Source: Candidatus Tenderia sp. (GTDB taxonomy: Bacteria; Pseudomonadota; Gammaproteobacteria; Tenderiales; Tenderiaceae). From it: a stretch of 54,557 bases of DNA. The DNA is taken from NCBI GenBank assembly GCA_030148045.1, contig JASBUE010000068.1, positions 1 to 54,557 on the forward strand. Reading direction: 5' to 3'. The notes under the pieces are model-generated. The model was not told the DNA's origin, did not search any database, and saw only the letters and a program-made list of their open reading frames with translations. This document shows positions 17,589 to 27,713 of the stretch, in pieces. How positions within the stretch are numbered: position 1 is the first letter of the stretch; the number at the start of each line of letters is the position of its first letter. The translations under genes and the position numbers were made by a program.

Positions 17589-19369
17589 GGCTCTATTTCG
17601 CTGTTGCGCTGCTGGCGGGCCTGTTGTTGGTATTGATACTGGAACTTGCGCCGCAGCAGGCCACCCGGGTCGTCGGGGATGCGGCGCAGCCACTGTTCGG
17701 TGGCGATGTCGGTTTCCGACGTCTCGGTATATTCCCGCGCCGGCATGGGGCGTTGTTCTTCGCCTTCGCGAGCTTCGCCGTTTTGCTCCCGGCCGAGTTG
17801 CCGTTGTTCACCCTCGGCCTGATCGGCCTCCTGCTGTTCGGCGGTTTGATTTTGTTGCTCGCCGCTTTGATCCGCCTGCCTCTGATCGCCCTGCTCACTT
17901 TGTTGTTGGACGGATTGTTGCTCGCCTTGTTGTTCCGGCGGGTCTTGTGGCTGTTCGCCTTGGCCGTCCTGCTGCGGCTCATCGCCCGGGCCCTGTTGCG
18001 ACTGTTTTTGCTTTTGCAGTTGCTCTTTAACCAGGTCGCGGTTGTAACGCGCATCCGCGTGATCCGGGTCAAGCTTCAAGGCTCGGTCATAGGTCTCGAT
18101 GGCCGCCGGATAGTCGCCCAACCGGGCCTGGGCATTGCCCTTATTGTAGAGGGCGTCGGCGCTCTCGATGCCTTGCAGCGCCTCCACGGCCTGTTCATAC
18201 TGCCCGGCGCGATAGCGGGCCGCCGCCTGCCATTGGGGATCATTAAACAACTCGGCAGCCTGCTCGGCATTGCCTTGCTTGAGTTGATGCAGGCCTTGTT
18301 GATTGTCATTGCGAAACAGGTCGGCCAGCTCCACGGCGTCGGCGTTTTGCGGCAGGGGCGACAGCGCGACAATCGCCAACATTGCCAAATGGCCGCGGCG
18401 AAACGCCAATGCCGCCAATAGCAGCAAGGGCAGCAACAACCACGGCCCGGCTTCACGCCATTGGTCACTCTTCAGGCCCTTGACCTGGGCTTCGGTTTTG
18501 CGCTCGCTGCTGACGACCTCGAGCAAGGTTTCGATATCCCGATCGCCGGCCGTGATGCGGTGGTAACGGCCGCCACCCTGGCGTGCCAGTTGTTGCAGTG
18601 CGGCGGCGTCCAGCTTGGGAATGACGATGGCGCCCCCACGATCCTTGAGAAAGCCGCCGTCACGCAGGGCGATGGGCGCGCCCTCTGGCGTGCCCACCGC
18701 CAGCACGGACACGCGGTGTGGGTGGGCGTCGAGCGCGGTCAAGGTGTGTTGCAGATCGCGTTCATCGATGCCGTCGGTAATGAGCAAGATGTCGCCCTTG
18801 GGCACACCGGCCTGCTGCAACAGCTGCGCCGCTCTGGCCACGGCGGCCGAGGTGTCGCTGCCCTGCAGCGGCATCATATTGGTGTCCAGGGCGTTGACCA
18901 GGGCGATGAGGGTATTGGCGTCGTCGGTGAGTGGCGACACGGTAAAGGCCTCGGCGGCATAGACGATCAGGGCGGTCTGGCCTTCGCGGCGCTGCTTGAG
19001 GATGTCGATCAGCTTCAAGCGGGCGCGCGCCAGGCGACTGGGTTTGATATCGGTGGCATCCATGGAACGCGACAGGTCCAGGGCGATCACCAGCGCCGAC
19101 GGATCGCGAAACACCGGTTGCCTGCGTTGTTCACAGGCGGGCCCGGCCAGGGCCAGGATGGCCAGCAGCCCGGCCAGGGCGGTGACCCGCAGCGGCCAGC
19201 GCGCCGCCCTGGCCGTGCCGCCCTGCAGGATGTATGGCAACAAACGGGCGTCGCAGACCGCCTGCCAGGCGCCCGCTTTGGCGCGGCGTCGACTCAGCAG
19301 CCACAGCAACAGGGCCAGCGGCAGCAACAGCCAGAACCCTTCCGGGCGCAGGAAATGACAGCTAGCCAT
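17582..19369 (-). CDS. batB: BatB-BatC-like fusion: TM + von Willebrand A domain + TPR + Gln/Glu-rich tail
   Basis: VIALDLSRSMDATD (MIDAS DxSxS). TPR repeats (ALYNKGNAQARLGDYPAAIETYDRALKLDPDHADARYN). Long QQ/E-rich low-complexity C-terminus. Confidence 0.85.
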   Translation of the reverse strand: MASCHFLRPEGFWLLLPLALLLWLLSRRRAKAGAWQAVCDARLLPYILQGGTARAARWPLRVTALAGLLAILALAGPACEQRRQPVFRDPSALVIALDLSRSMDATDIKPSRLARARLKLIDILKQRREGQTALIVYAAEAFTVSPLTDDANTLIALVNALDTNMMPLQGSDTSAAVARAAQLLQQAGVPKGDILLITDGIDERDLQHTLTALDAHPHRVSVLAVGTPEGAPIALRDGGFLKDRGGAIVIPKLDAAALQQLARQGGGRYHRITAGDRDIETLLEVVSSERKTEAQVKGLKSDQWREAGPWLLLPLLLLAALAFRRGHLAMLAIVALSPLPQNADAVELADLFRNDNQQGLHQLKQGNAEQAAELFNDPQWQAAARYRAGQYEQAVEALQGIESADALYNKGNAQARLGDYPAAIETYDRALKLDPDHADARYNRDLVKEQLQKQKQSQQGPGDEPQQDGQGEQPQDPPEQQGEQQSVQQQSEQGDQRQADQSGEQQNQTAEQQEADQAEGEQRQLGREQNGEAREGEEQRPMPAREYTETSETDIATEQWLRRIPDDPGGLLRRKFQYQYQQQARQQRNSEIEPW

Positions 19370-20363
19370 GCCGCCGCCTCAGGCCGGGCAGGCTCAGAGC
19401 CAGGATCAACAGCGTGGCCAAGGCCATGGCCGCGCCCAGGGGATAGACATACAACGCCTGCAGGGGACGGAACACCTGCGCCTCCTGCTCGGTGAGTTCC
19501 AGTTGATCGATCAGGTTGTAGATCTGTTTCAGCTCCTCGGTGTCGCGGGCGCGAAAGTAACGCCCGCCGGTGGTGTCGGCGATGGCGGTCAACACGTCCT
19601 CGTCAAGGTCGGCCGAGGGATTGACGCGCTGTCGGCCGAACAGGGATTGCACCACCATTTCGTCGGCGCCGATGCCGATGGTGTAGATCTTCAGGCCCTT
19701 GTCCGCCGCCAGCTCGGCTGCCTTGAGCGGCGCCACCTCGCCGGCGGTATTGGCGCCGTCGGTGAGCAGGATCATGACTTGATCAGTAGTCGGCGCGTCG
19801 CCCAGGCGCTTGACCATCAGGCCGATGGCGTCGCCGATGGCGGTGGCCTGCCCCGCCAGGCCGATGACCGCCTCGTAAAGCAGGGTGCGCACCGTGTCGC
19901 GATCGAAGGTGAGCGGTGTCTGCAGATAGGCCTGTTCACCGAACAGGATCAGGCCCACCCGGTCGCCGACGCGGCGCTGGATGAATTCACCGGCGATGGC
20001 CTGGGTCGCTTCCAGGCGGTTGACCACCCGGCCGCCGAGTTGAAAATCGGGGGTGTCCATGCTGCCGGACATGTCCACCGCCAGCATCAGGTCGCGACCG
20101 CTGGTGGGCAGTTCGATAGGCTCGCCGAGCCATTGCGGCCGCGCCGCCGCGGTCACCAGACACAGCCAGGCCAGGCTTGCCAGCAACAGAGGCCAGTGCC
20201 GTTGCTTGAAACGGATCGCGCGCGCGCCGATGTTCTGGAAGTCTTCGATAAAGGGCACGCGCAGGGCGGCGTCTTGTTGCGATTTGGCTGCCGGCAGCAG
20301 TAGCCGCAGCAATAAAGGCAGGGGTAGGGCGGCGAAGGCCCACAGCCATTCGAACTGGATCAT
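19362..20363 (-). CDS. batA: BatA (VWA domain membrane protein)
   Basis: MIQFEWLWAFAALPLPLLL..., MLAVDMSGSMDTPD MIDAS motif, C-terminal TM. ATG 20363 overlaps the DUF4381 stop (ATGA). Confidence 0.85.
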   Translation of the reverse strand: MIQFEWLWAFAALPLPLLLRLLLPAAKSQQDAALRVPFIEDFQNIGARAIRFKQRHWPLLLASLAWLCLVTAAARPQWLGEPIELPTSGRDLMLAVDMSGSMDTPDFQLGGRVVNRLEATQAIAGEFIQRRVGDRVGLILFGEQAYLQTPLTFDRDTVRTLLYEAVIGLAGQATAIGDAIGLMVKRLGDAPTTDQVMILLTDGANTAGEVAPLKAAELAADKGLKIYTIGIGADEMVVQSLFGRQRVNPSADLDEDVLTAIADTTGGRYFRARDTEELKQIYNLIDQLELTEQEAQVFRPLQALYVYPLGAAMALATLLILALSLPGLRRRHG

Positions 20364-20827
20364 GCCGCGCCTCCCCGGGTTGGGAGATGTTGCAGCCAAT
20401 CACGGCAGGCATGGAGCAGGGCTTGGGGATTGCCGGCGAAGTTTTTTTCATAAGGGGCATGCAGCAGAGTGGCGGCGGTCTCGCCATCGAACAGGGCTGT
20501 CTTGCCGTGCTGATTGAGAAATGCCAGCCATGCGTCGCCGGTGAGCCCGGCCACCTCGTGCCGGGGGAAGCGGCTGAGGGCCGCGCGGCGCAACAGCACC
20601 GAGCATTCGCTCGCCAATCGTTGGCTGTCGCCATGCTCGGCAAAGCTTTGTTCGATGCGCTGCAATTCCGCCATGGCCTGTTTGCGCAGGCGCAGCCGGC
20701 GCACGGCCCAGACGGCCATGGTGACCATCGTCAGCACCGCCAGCAACAACCACCAGCCCGGTGCCGGCGGCCAGCCGCTCACCCCGTCGGGCAGATGGAT
20801 GTCGCGCAGCGGCAGCTCGCCGTTCAT
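20360..20827 (-). CDS. DUF4381 domain protein
   Basis: LRDIHLPDGVSGWPPAPGWWLLLAVL is the DUF4381 signature. Conserved position between the DUF58 and batA genes. ATG 20827 overlaps the DUF58 stop. Confidence 0.8.
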   Translation of the reverse strand: MNGELPLRDIHLPDGVSGWPPAPGWWLLLAVLTMVTMAVWAVRRLRLRKQAMAELQRIEQSFAEHGDSQRLASECSVLLRRAALSRFPRHEVAGLTGDAWLAFLNQHGKTALFDGETAATLLHAPYEKNFAGNPQALLHACRDWLQHLPTRGGAA

Positions 20828-21765
20828 CGCCGTTTTCCTAATCCGGCCTGCAACGTCTGCAACAGATCGGCGTCGGTGGCGCAGCTGAGATAATGGATGC
20901 CGGGAAAGCGGCACAGCTGTTTCAATGCTTCGCAGTGCTCGCGGAAGTGCCTTTGATAGCCGCTTTGGGTTCGTTGATCATCACCGCTGAACAGACTGCT
21001 GCGTTCGCCCCAGGCGACGCGATAGACGCCGCGCCGCGGCAGTTCGACCTCGAGCGGATCATAGATATGAAACAACACCACGTCATTATGACGCGCCAGT
21101 TGCGCCAGGTGGGATTCGGCCTGGGCGCCCAGCTTGCGGAAATCGCTGCACAGAAAGATCAGGCTGCCCGGTTTGGCGACGCGGCGCAGGCGCGCCAGGG
21201 CCATATCGGCGTCGGGTTCCCGTTCGTTGTAATGGCTTTGCCATCGCGAGGCCTGACTCAATTGGCGCAGCAGACTCAGCACCGCCGACTTGCCGCGTTT
21301 GGGGCGCAGTTCGTGATGCATGGCGGCGCTGAACACCAGCCCGCCGAGGCGGTCGCCCTGCCGGTTGGCACTCCAGCCGATGAGGGCGGCGGCGCGGGCG
21401 GCGACCACCGACTTGAAGGCGCCGCGGGTGGCGAAAAACATGGCGGGGCGCATATCCACCCAGACCAGCACGGTGCGCTCGCGCTCTTCGCGAAACAGTT
21501 TGGTGTGCAGGGCGCCGGTGCGGGCGGTGACGCGCCAGTCCAGGGTGCGCACGTCATCGCCGGCTTGATACAGGCGCGCCTCGTCAAACTCCATGCCGCG
21601 GCCCTTGAAGCGCGACAGATAACCGCCGCTTTGCTGCGCCTTGATGCGCAGGGCCCTGAGCGACAGTTTCTCACCGGCGCCGCGCAGGGCGATCAGGGCC
21701 TCGGCGGAGACCCGCACCAGGTTGTCGCCGTCAGCATCCGGGTCGGCCGCGTGGAACAACGTCAT
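20824..21765 (-). CDS. DUF58 domain protein (MoxR partner)
   Basis: SRFKGRGMEFDEARLYQAGDDVRTLDWRVTARTGALHTKLFREERE is the DUF58 core motif. Confidence 0.85.
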   Translation of the reverse strand: MTLFHAADPDADGDNLVRVSAEALIALRGAGEKLSLRALRIKAQQSGGYLSRFKGRGMEFDEARLYQAGDDVRTLDWRVTARTGALHTKLFREERERTVLVWVDMRPAMFFATRGAFKSVVAARAAALIGWSANRQGDRLGGLVFSAAMHHELRPKRGKSAVLSLLRQLSQASRWQSHYNEREPDADMALARLRRVAKPGSLIFLCSDFRKLGAQAESHLAQLARHNDVVLFHIYDPLEVELPRRGVYRVAWGERSSLFSGDDQRTQSGYQRHFREHCEALKQLCRFPGIHYLSCATDADLLQTLQAGLGKRR

Positions 21766-22727
21766 GGTACGGCAACGCTATGGATCAACTCGTCGATGAA
21801 TGTGTCGGCGCTGACGCCGTCGGCCTCGGCCTCGTAGCTAAGGATGATGCGGTGGCGCAGCACATCAAAGGCCAGGGCCTGAATGTCTTCCGGCGTCACA
21901 TAGTCGCGTCCCTGCAGCCAGGCGTGGGCGCGGGCGCTGCGGTCCAGGGCGATGGTGGCGCGCGGGCTGGCGCCGAATTCGACCCATTGATTCAACTCCG
22001 TGCCGTAAGCGACTGGCTTGCGCGTCGCCAGCACCAGTTGCAGCAGATATTCCTCCAGATTGTCGGCCATGTGAATCTGCAGCACCTCTTTGCGAGCGCC
22101 GAACAGGGCCTGCTGGGTGATCAGGGTGCGCGGGGCATGGTGTGCATGTTGCGCCTCGTCGCGCGCCAGATGCAGGATCTCGCGCTCGGCCGCGGCGTCG
22201 GGATAGTCGATGACGACGTGCAAGAGAAACCGATCCAGCTGCGCCTCGGGCAGGGGATAGGTGCCCTCCTGTTCGATGGGGTTCTGGGTCGCCATCACCA
22301 GAAACAGCTCGGGCAGTTTGTGGGTCACGGCGCCGACGGTGATCTGGCGTTCCGCCATGGCCTCCAACAACGCCGATTGCACCTTGGCCGGGGCGCGGTT
22401 GATCTCGTCCGCCAGCACCAGGTTGTGAAACAGCGGCCCGGGCTGAAATTCAAAGCGGCCGTCCTGGGGGCGAAATACCTCGGTGCCGGTGAGATCGGCG
22501 GGCAGCAGGTCGGGAGTGAACTGCACGCGGTGGAAGTCGCCTTCGACGGCCTCGCTCAGGGTCTTGATGGCGCGGGTCTTGGCCAGTCCCGGGGCGCCTT
22601 CCACCAGCAGGTGGCCGTCGCACAGCAGGGCCACCAGCAGGCGGTCCACCAGGGCCTCCTGGCCGATGATCTGGCGGGTGATGTGTTGCTTGAGTTGTTG
22701 AATCTCGTGTTGATACGACATGGGCAT
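21762..22727 (-). CDS. moxR: MoxR-family AAA+ ATPase
   Basis: IIGQEALVDRLLVALLCDGHLLVEGAPGLAKT (Walker A). LADEINRAPAKVQSALLEAM (Walker B / sensor). Confidence 0.9.
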   Translation of the reverse strand: MPMSYQHEIQQLKQHITRQIIGQEALVDRLLVALLCDGHLLVEGAPGLAKTRAIKTLSEAVEGDFHRVQFTPDLLPADLTGTEVFRPQDGRFEFQPGPLFHNLVLADEINRAPAKVQSALLEAMAERQITVGAVTHKLPELFLVMATQNPIEQEGTYPLPEAQLDRFLLHVVIDYPDAAAEREILHLARDEAQHAHHAPRTLITQQALFGARKEVLQIHMADNLEEYLLQLVLATRKPVAYGTELNQWVEFGASPRATIALDRSARAHAWLQGRDYVTPEDIQALAFDVLRHRIILSYEAEADGVSADTFIDELIHSVAVP

Positions 22728-22998
22728 CCTGACTTCGCTTAAGCTGCTTGAACCTGGGGAATGTTACCAAGCGCCGGCTCGCGACGAAAATTTATGCAAT
22801 GATTGGGTAAAGTGACAGGTATGACCTGCCCGGATTACGCGAGTTCATCCAGTTGTGCTCCCGGCGACAGGAATAATTAGAGTATAATTTTCAAATAATA
22901 AACACCTTGTCGTTACCGACCCCATGTCTAGCTGGAAATTGGGTGGTCCCGAAATTGCACGCGATACTCTTCAATCAAATCACAACTGAGTCTTCATC

Positions 22999-25341
22999 AT
23001 GATTTTTGAACGCCTGAAAAACAGCGAACCCCTGCCGGAACTGACCGAGGTCGCCGAGCTGGGAATGAACACCGATGACCTGGCGGAGGACTTTCGCCGC
23101 CATTTCAGCACCACTTTGGGGCGCGATCGCTTTTGCCGCTCCACCCATTACCCCTACACCGCCCTGGCGCTGGTGTTGCGCGACCGGTTGATGGAGCGCT
23201 GGAAGAACACCCGCTACGCTTATCAGGAGAAAAACACCCGCCGCGCCCATTACCTGTCGCTGGAGTTCTTGATGGGGCGCGCCCTGGGCAACGCCATGCT
23301 CAATCTGGGGGTCACCGATGCCGCCACCGCGGCGCTGGAGCGTTACGGCATCGAACTGGAAGAGATCGCCGAGGCGGAGCACGATGCCGGCCTGGGCAAC
23401 GGCGGTCTGGGACGCTTGGCGGCCTGTTTTCTCGACAGCTGCGCCACCCTGCAGCTGCCGGTGATCGGTTACGGCATTCGTTACGAATACGGCATGTTCC
23501 GTCAGGAGCTCATGAACGGCTACCAGGTGGAGGAGCCGGATCATTGGCTGCGTAACGGCAATCCCTGGGAGCTGGAGCGTCACGAGTTTACCCAGCGTGT
23601 CCACTTCCGTTGGCGTACCGAATTTTATCGCGACGCGCAGGGCGTCATGCGCGTACGCTGGGTCGATACGCAGGATGTGCTAGCGGTGCCTTTTGACGTA
23701 CCTGTGCCGGGTTATCGCAACGGCACGGTGAATACCCTGCGCTTGTGGAGCGCGGCGGCCACCGACGAGTTCAGCCTCGACGAGTTCAACGCCGGCGACT
23801 ATACCGGTTCGGTGGCCAGCAAGAACGACGCCGAGCAGATCACCATGGTGCTCTATCCCAACGACGCCAGCGAAAGCGGCAAGGAGTTGCGCCTGAGGCA
23901 GCAATACTTTCTCGCCGCCGCCAGCCTGCGTGATGTCTTCCGTCGCTGGATCCGCGATCACGGTCGTGACTTCAGTACCTTTGCCGAGAAGAACTGCTTC
24001 CAGCTCAACGATACCCATCCCACCATCGCCATCGCCGAACTGATGCGTCAGTTGATGGACAATCATTGCCTCAGTTGGGAGGAGGCCTGGCGAATTACCG
24101 GCAGCACCGTGGCCTACACCAACCACACCCTGTTGCCCGAGGCGCTGGAGAAATGGCCGGTGCGGGTATTCAAACAACTGTTGCCGCGCCATCTGGAGAT
24201 CATTTATGAAATCAACGCGCGCTTTCTCGGTGAGGTGGCGCGGCGCTGGCCCGGCGATACGGATCGTCTGGCGCGCATGTCCATTATCGAAGAGGGGGAC
24301 GAACCGCAGGTACGCATGGCCTATCTAGCCATTGTCGGCAGCTATTCCGTCAACGGCGTGGCGGCGCTGCATTCCCAGTTGTTACAGGAAGGGCTGTTTC
24401 ATGATTTTTATGAGTTCTGGCCGGAGAAATTCAACAACAAGACCAACGGCGTCACCCAGCGGCGCTGGCTGGCCTGGTGTAATCCGGCACAGAGCGAGTT
24501 GATCAGCGGCACCATCGGCGATGATTGGGTCACCCATCTGGAGCACCTGGAAAAACTCAAACCCTATGCCGAAGACGCCGCTTTCCGTAAACAATGGCGC
24601 GAGGTGAAACGGGCTAACAAGCAGCGCCTGGCCGAACTGGTGAAGAGGGATTGCGGCGTCGATTTCAGCGTCGATGCCATGTTCGATGTGCAGGTCAAGC
24701 GCATGCATGAATACAAACGCCAGTTGCTCAATGTGCTGCACGTGATTCATCTCTACGACCGCATCAAGCGCGGCGATACGGCTAACTGGACACCGCGCTG
24801 CGTACTCATCGGCGGCAAGGCCGCGCCCGGTTATGCCATGGCCAAACGCATCATCAAGCTGATCAACAATGTCGCCTTCATGATCAACAACGATCCGGCG
24901 GTAGGGGATCTGCTCAAGCTTGTGTTTTTGCCGGACTATCGCGTCACCGCCATGGAGATCATCGCGCCGGGCACCGATCTGTCGGAGCAGATCTCCACCG
25001 CCGGCAAGGAGGCCTCGGGGACCGGTAACATGAAGTTCATGATGAACGGTGCCATCACCATCGGCACGCTGGATGGGGCCAATATCGAGATCCGCGAAGA
25101 GGTGGGGGACGACAGCTTCTTTCTCTTCGGGCTGACCGCCCAGGAGGTGGTCGAGGCCCGCCGCGACTATGATCCCAACGCCATCATCCGCGACGACGCC
25201 GACCTGTTGCGGGTGATGAAGCTGATCGAGTGCGGCCACTTCAACCAGTTCGAACCGGGCCTGTTCGATGACATCATTCAGTCCATTCGCAACCCGCAGG
25301 ATCCCTGGCTGGTGGCGGCGGACTTTCGCAGTTTCGTCTAG
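22999..25341 (+). CDS. glgP: Glycogen/maltodextrin phosphorylase, terminated early by an in-frame TAG (conserved tail continues in frame to 25497)
   Basis: HYPYTALALVLRDRL, EAEHDAGLGNGGLGRLAACFLDS and the PLP-site GKEASGTGNMKFMMNGA. After TAG 25339-25341 the same frame encodes [43 protein letters not shown], the canonical phosphorylase C-terminus. Confidence 0.9.
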   Translation: MIFERLKNSEPLPELTEVAELGMNTDDLAEDFRRHFSTTLGRDRFCRSTHYPYTALALVLRDRLMERWKNTRYAYQEKNTRRAHYLSLEFLMGRALGNAMLNLGVTDAATAALERYGIELEEIAEAEHDAGLGNGGLGRLAACFLDSCATLQLPVIGYGIRYEYGMFRQELMNGYQVEEPDHWLRNGNPWELERHEFTQRVHFRWRTEFYRDAQGVMRVRWVDTQDVLAVPFDVPVPGYRNGTVNTLRLWSAAATDEFSLDEFNAGDYTGSVASKNDAEQITMVLYPNDASESGKELRLRQQYFLAAASLRDVFRRWIRDHGRDFSTFAEKNCFQLNDTHPTIAIAELMRQLMDNHCLSWEEAWRITGSTVAYTNHTLLPEALEKWPVRVFKQLLPRHLEIIYEINARFLGEVARRWPGDTDRLARMSIIEEGDEPQVRMAYLAIVGSYSVNGVAALHSQLLQEGLFHDFYEFWPEKFNNKTNGVTQRRWLAWCNPAQSELISGTIGDDWVTHLEHLEKLKPYAEDAAFRKQWREVKRANKQRLAELVKRDCGVDFSVDAMFDVQVKRMHEYKRQLLNVLHVIHLYDRIKRGDTANWTPRCVLIGGKAAPGYAMAKRIIKLINNVAFMINNDPAVGDLLKLVFLPDYRVTAMEIIAPGTDLSEQISTAGKEASGTGNMKFMMNGAITIGTLDGANIEIREEVGDDSFFLFGLTAQEVVEARRDYDPNAIIRDDADLLRVMKLIECGHFNQFEPGLFDDIIQSIRNPQDPWLVAADFRSFV

Positions 25342-25515
25342 GCTCAACGGCGTGTCGCCGAGGCCTATCGCGACGAGGAGCGCTGGACCCGTATGAGCAT
25401 CCTCAATGCCGCCAGCAGCGGCAAGTTCTCCACCGACCGCACCATGCGGGAATACAACGAAGGGATTTGGAAGTTGGAGTCGGTTTCAGTCCGCTAATGC
25501 ACGCAAATTAAGGCT

Positions 25516-25604
25516 CCCCTCTTTTTAAAGAGGGGGTGGGGGAGATTTAAAGCCAAGAGTTTCAAATCTTTAAATCCCCCTCAGTCCCCCTTTAAGAAAG
25601 GGGG
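25516..25604. repeat. Three tandem related palindromes (C4-5 / AT core / G4-5) between convergent glgP and the asnB-like gene
   Basis: cccctcttt-tt-aaagagggg (25516-25535). gggggaGAtttaaag...ctttaaatccccc (25538-25580). cccccttt-aag-aaaggggg (25586-25604). Likely bidirectional terminators or REP-like units. Confidence 0.6.
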
Positions 25605-27679
25605 AGGCTGGTGTGTTTTATTTGCGTGTATTGGCGTTCATTCGCAGACTGTTTGTTCCCTCGGTACCAAGCCGCCCAGCCCAGCTCCTCGGCGCGTTTG
25701 CCCGCCTGGGCCGGCACGTCGGTGGTGACGAAGTGGCGGTGCAGCACCTGGATGCCGATCATGTGGTTGATCACCGCGTCCAGCTGCACCTTGGTGGAGG
25801 CCGTGGTGTCGTCCGCCTCGTGCAGATCAAACACCGCTTTCACGCCGTCCTTGTCCAGCACGCCGGCCGCCTCGATGGCCTGGTCTGACAGATACTCATC
25901 GGCCAGGGCCCTCATGGCATTCCATTTCTTGGGATCGGTGTGGGCCGGCGGCGCCATGAAGGCGAACTTCTCGCGTTCGTACAAGGTCTTGGGCAGGATG
26001 CCCTTCATCGCCTCGCGCAGCACGTATTTTTCGGTGCGGCCCTTGATGCGCAGGGTGGGCGGCAGCCGGGTGGCTGTCTCGGCCAGGTGGTGGTCGAGGA
26101 AGGGCGGGCGTGCTTCCATGGAGTTGGCCATGTCGACCCGGTCGCCGCCCCAGGTGAGGATCTGGCCTTCCAGCATGGTCTTGATCCAGACGTACTGGGC
26201 CTTGTCCAGGGGATGACGCCCTGCCAGCATGTCGCCGTCCAGGGCCTCGGCGATGGCCCTGCCGGGCTCATAGCCCTCGGTCTGCTGGCGCAACTCGGGA
26301 TGCAGCAGGCCGGGCACGTGTTCGGCGGCGGCCAGCCAGGGTTGCAGGCAGCTGGGGGTGAAGCCGACCAGTTCATCCAGGGCCGGGTCGTGGAGTTCGT
26401 TTTCCGCCAGCATGGCGCCCTGGAACAGTTTGTTGCTTTCCGCCAGCAGGGCCTCCCATTCCTTGCGCTCTTGCGGCGGCAGGGTGTCCAGGCCGTGCAG
26501 GAACATGTCGCGGCGGAAGGCGGGGTAGCCGGCGAACAGTTCGTCCGAGCCCTCGCCGGTGACCACCACCTTGTAGCCGGCCTGGTTGACGTGGCGGCTC
26601 ATGAGCAGCTTGGCGACACCCAGGGTATTGTAGATGGTGCGTTCGGTATGCCACAGGGTTTCGACGAAGTTGTCGTAAAGATGGTCGGCCTTGAGGCGCA
26701 TGATGTCCTGGTCGGCGCCGACGGATTCGGCCATCTCGGTGGCGATGGCGCTTTCGTCGTAATCGGCGTCGTCGAAGCCGATGGTGAAGGCCTTCACCGG
26801 CGCTTGCTGGCTGGCGGCGGCCAGGCCCAGGGTGGCGCAGGAGTCGATGCCGCCGGACAGATAACAGGCCACCGGCACGTCGGCATCCAGGAGCAGTTGC
26901 ACCGCCTCGAGCAGTTTTTCGCGGATGGCCTCGATGTAGAACGCTTCCGGCTGCGATTCGTCACGCTCGCCCATGAGCGGGAAGTCCATGTCCCAATACT
27001 TCTCGTCTTTGATCTCGAACCTGCCGTTGTTGCGTTCGATGATCACCACGTGCCCCGGCTTCACCTGGTGAACGCCTTCGAAGGCGGTGGTGCCGGGCAC
27101 GATGGTCTGCATCAACTGGTGATAGACGCCTTGGGCGCTGAAGCGGCGCGGCACCTCGGGATGGGCGAACAGCACCTTAAGCTCCGAGACGAACACCAGG
27201 GTGCCGTTGTGCTCGGTCCAGTAGAGCGGCTTGACGCCGAAGCGATCGCGCACCAGCATCAGGCGGTCGTGTTCGCGATCGTAGAGGGCGAAGGCGTATT
27301 CGCCGCGGCAGGTCTTGAGCATCTCCTCCAGGCCGAAGCGCTCGTAGAGGTGCAGCACCAGTTCCGAGTCGCTCTTGGTTCTGAAACGCGCGCCGCGCGA
27401 GGTCAGATCGGCGCGAATACGCTTATAGTCGTACAGCTCGCCGTTCTGGGTCAGCATCAGCTTGCCGTCGTTGGAGAAGAAGGGCTGGCGGCCGCGGTTC
27501 TCATCCAGGTCGATAATGGACAGCCGGGCGTGGCTGAAGCCGATGCCGCGGTCATTCATGGTCTTGTAGCCGAAGCCGTCCGGGCCGCGATGGTGCTGGA
27601 TGGCGGCCATGTTGACCAGGGTTTGTGGGTCTACCGGCCGGGCCGGGTCTGCATGTAGGTAGCCTGCAATTCCGCACAT
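25592..27679 (-). CDS. Asparagine synthetase-like glutamine amidotransferase (class II, Ntn-Cys)
   Basis: MCGIAGY N-terminus. Synthetase-domain PP-loop YLSGGIDSC. 695 aa, longer than typical AsnB. Confidence 0.85.
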   Translation of the reverse strand: MCGIAGYLHADPARPVDPQTLVNMAAIQHHRGPDGFGYKTMNDRGIGFSHARLSIIDLDENRGRQPFFSNDGKLMLTQNGELYDYKRIRADLTSRGARFRTKSDSELVLHLYERFGLEEMLKTCRGEYAFALYDREHDRLMLVRDRFGVKPLYWTEHNGTLVFVSELKVLFAHPEVPRRFSAQGVYHQLMQTIVPGTTAFEGVHQVKPGHVVIIERNNGRFEIKDEKYWDMDFPLMGERDESQPEAFYIEAIREKLLEAVQLLLDADVPVACYLSGGIDSCATLGLAAASQQAPVKAFTIGFDDADYDESAIATEMAESVGADQDIMRLKADHLYDNFVETLWHTERTIYNTLGVAKLLMSRHVNQAGYKVVVTGEGSDELFAGYPAFRRDMFLHGLDTLPPQERKEWEALLAESNKLFQGAMLAENELHDPALDELVGFTPSCLQPWLAAAEHVPGLLHPELRQQTEGYEPGRAIAEALDGDMLAGRHPLDKAQYVWIKTMLEGQILTWGGDRVDMANSMEARPPFLDHHLAETATRLPPTLRIKGRTEKYVLREAMKGILPKTLYEREKFAFMAPPAHTDPKKWNAMRALADEYLSDQAIEAAGVLDKDGVKAVFDLHEADDTTASTKVQLDAVINHMIGIQVLHRHFVTTDVPAQAGKRAEELGWAAWYRGNKQSANERQYTQIKHTSLPLS

Positions 27680-27713
27680 AAGAGTGTGTTCCTTCGGTTC
27701 TTGATGATTATGA

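Noticed and set aside
11806-19364. Genome-wide TAG reassignment or pyrrolysine as an explanation for the in-frame TAGs
   Set aside because: TAG terminates the HmuY-like gene (followed by a T-run hairpin), the CbiX-like gene, the 71-aa gene and batA (TAG embedded in the batB start overlap), all at family-appropriate ends. No pyl genes are in the window. The expected residue at the interrupted sites is Glu-like, not Lys-like.
17582-22727. The MoxR-DUF58-DUF4381-BatA-BatB/C-BatD operon as a novel system
   Set aside because: This is the well-known Bat/aerotolerance-type operon with canonical order and overlapping stop/start junctions. Only the Q/E-rich tail on BatB/C is slightly unusual.
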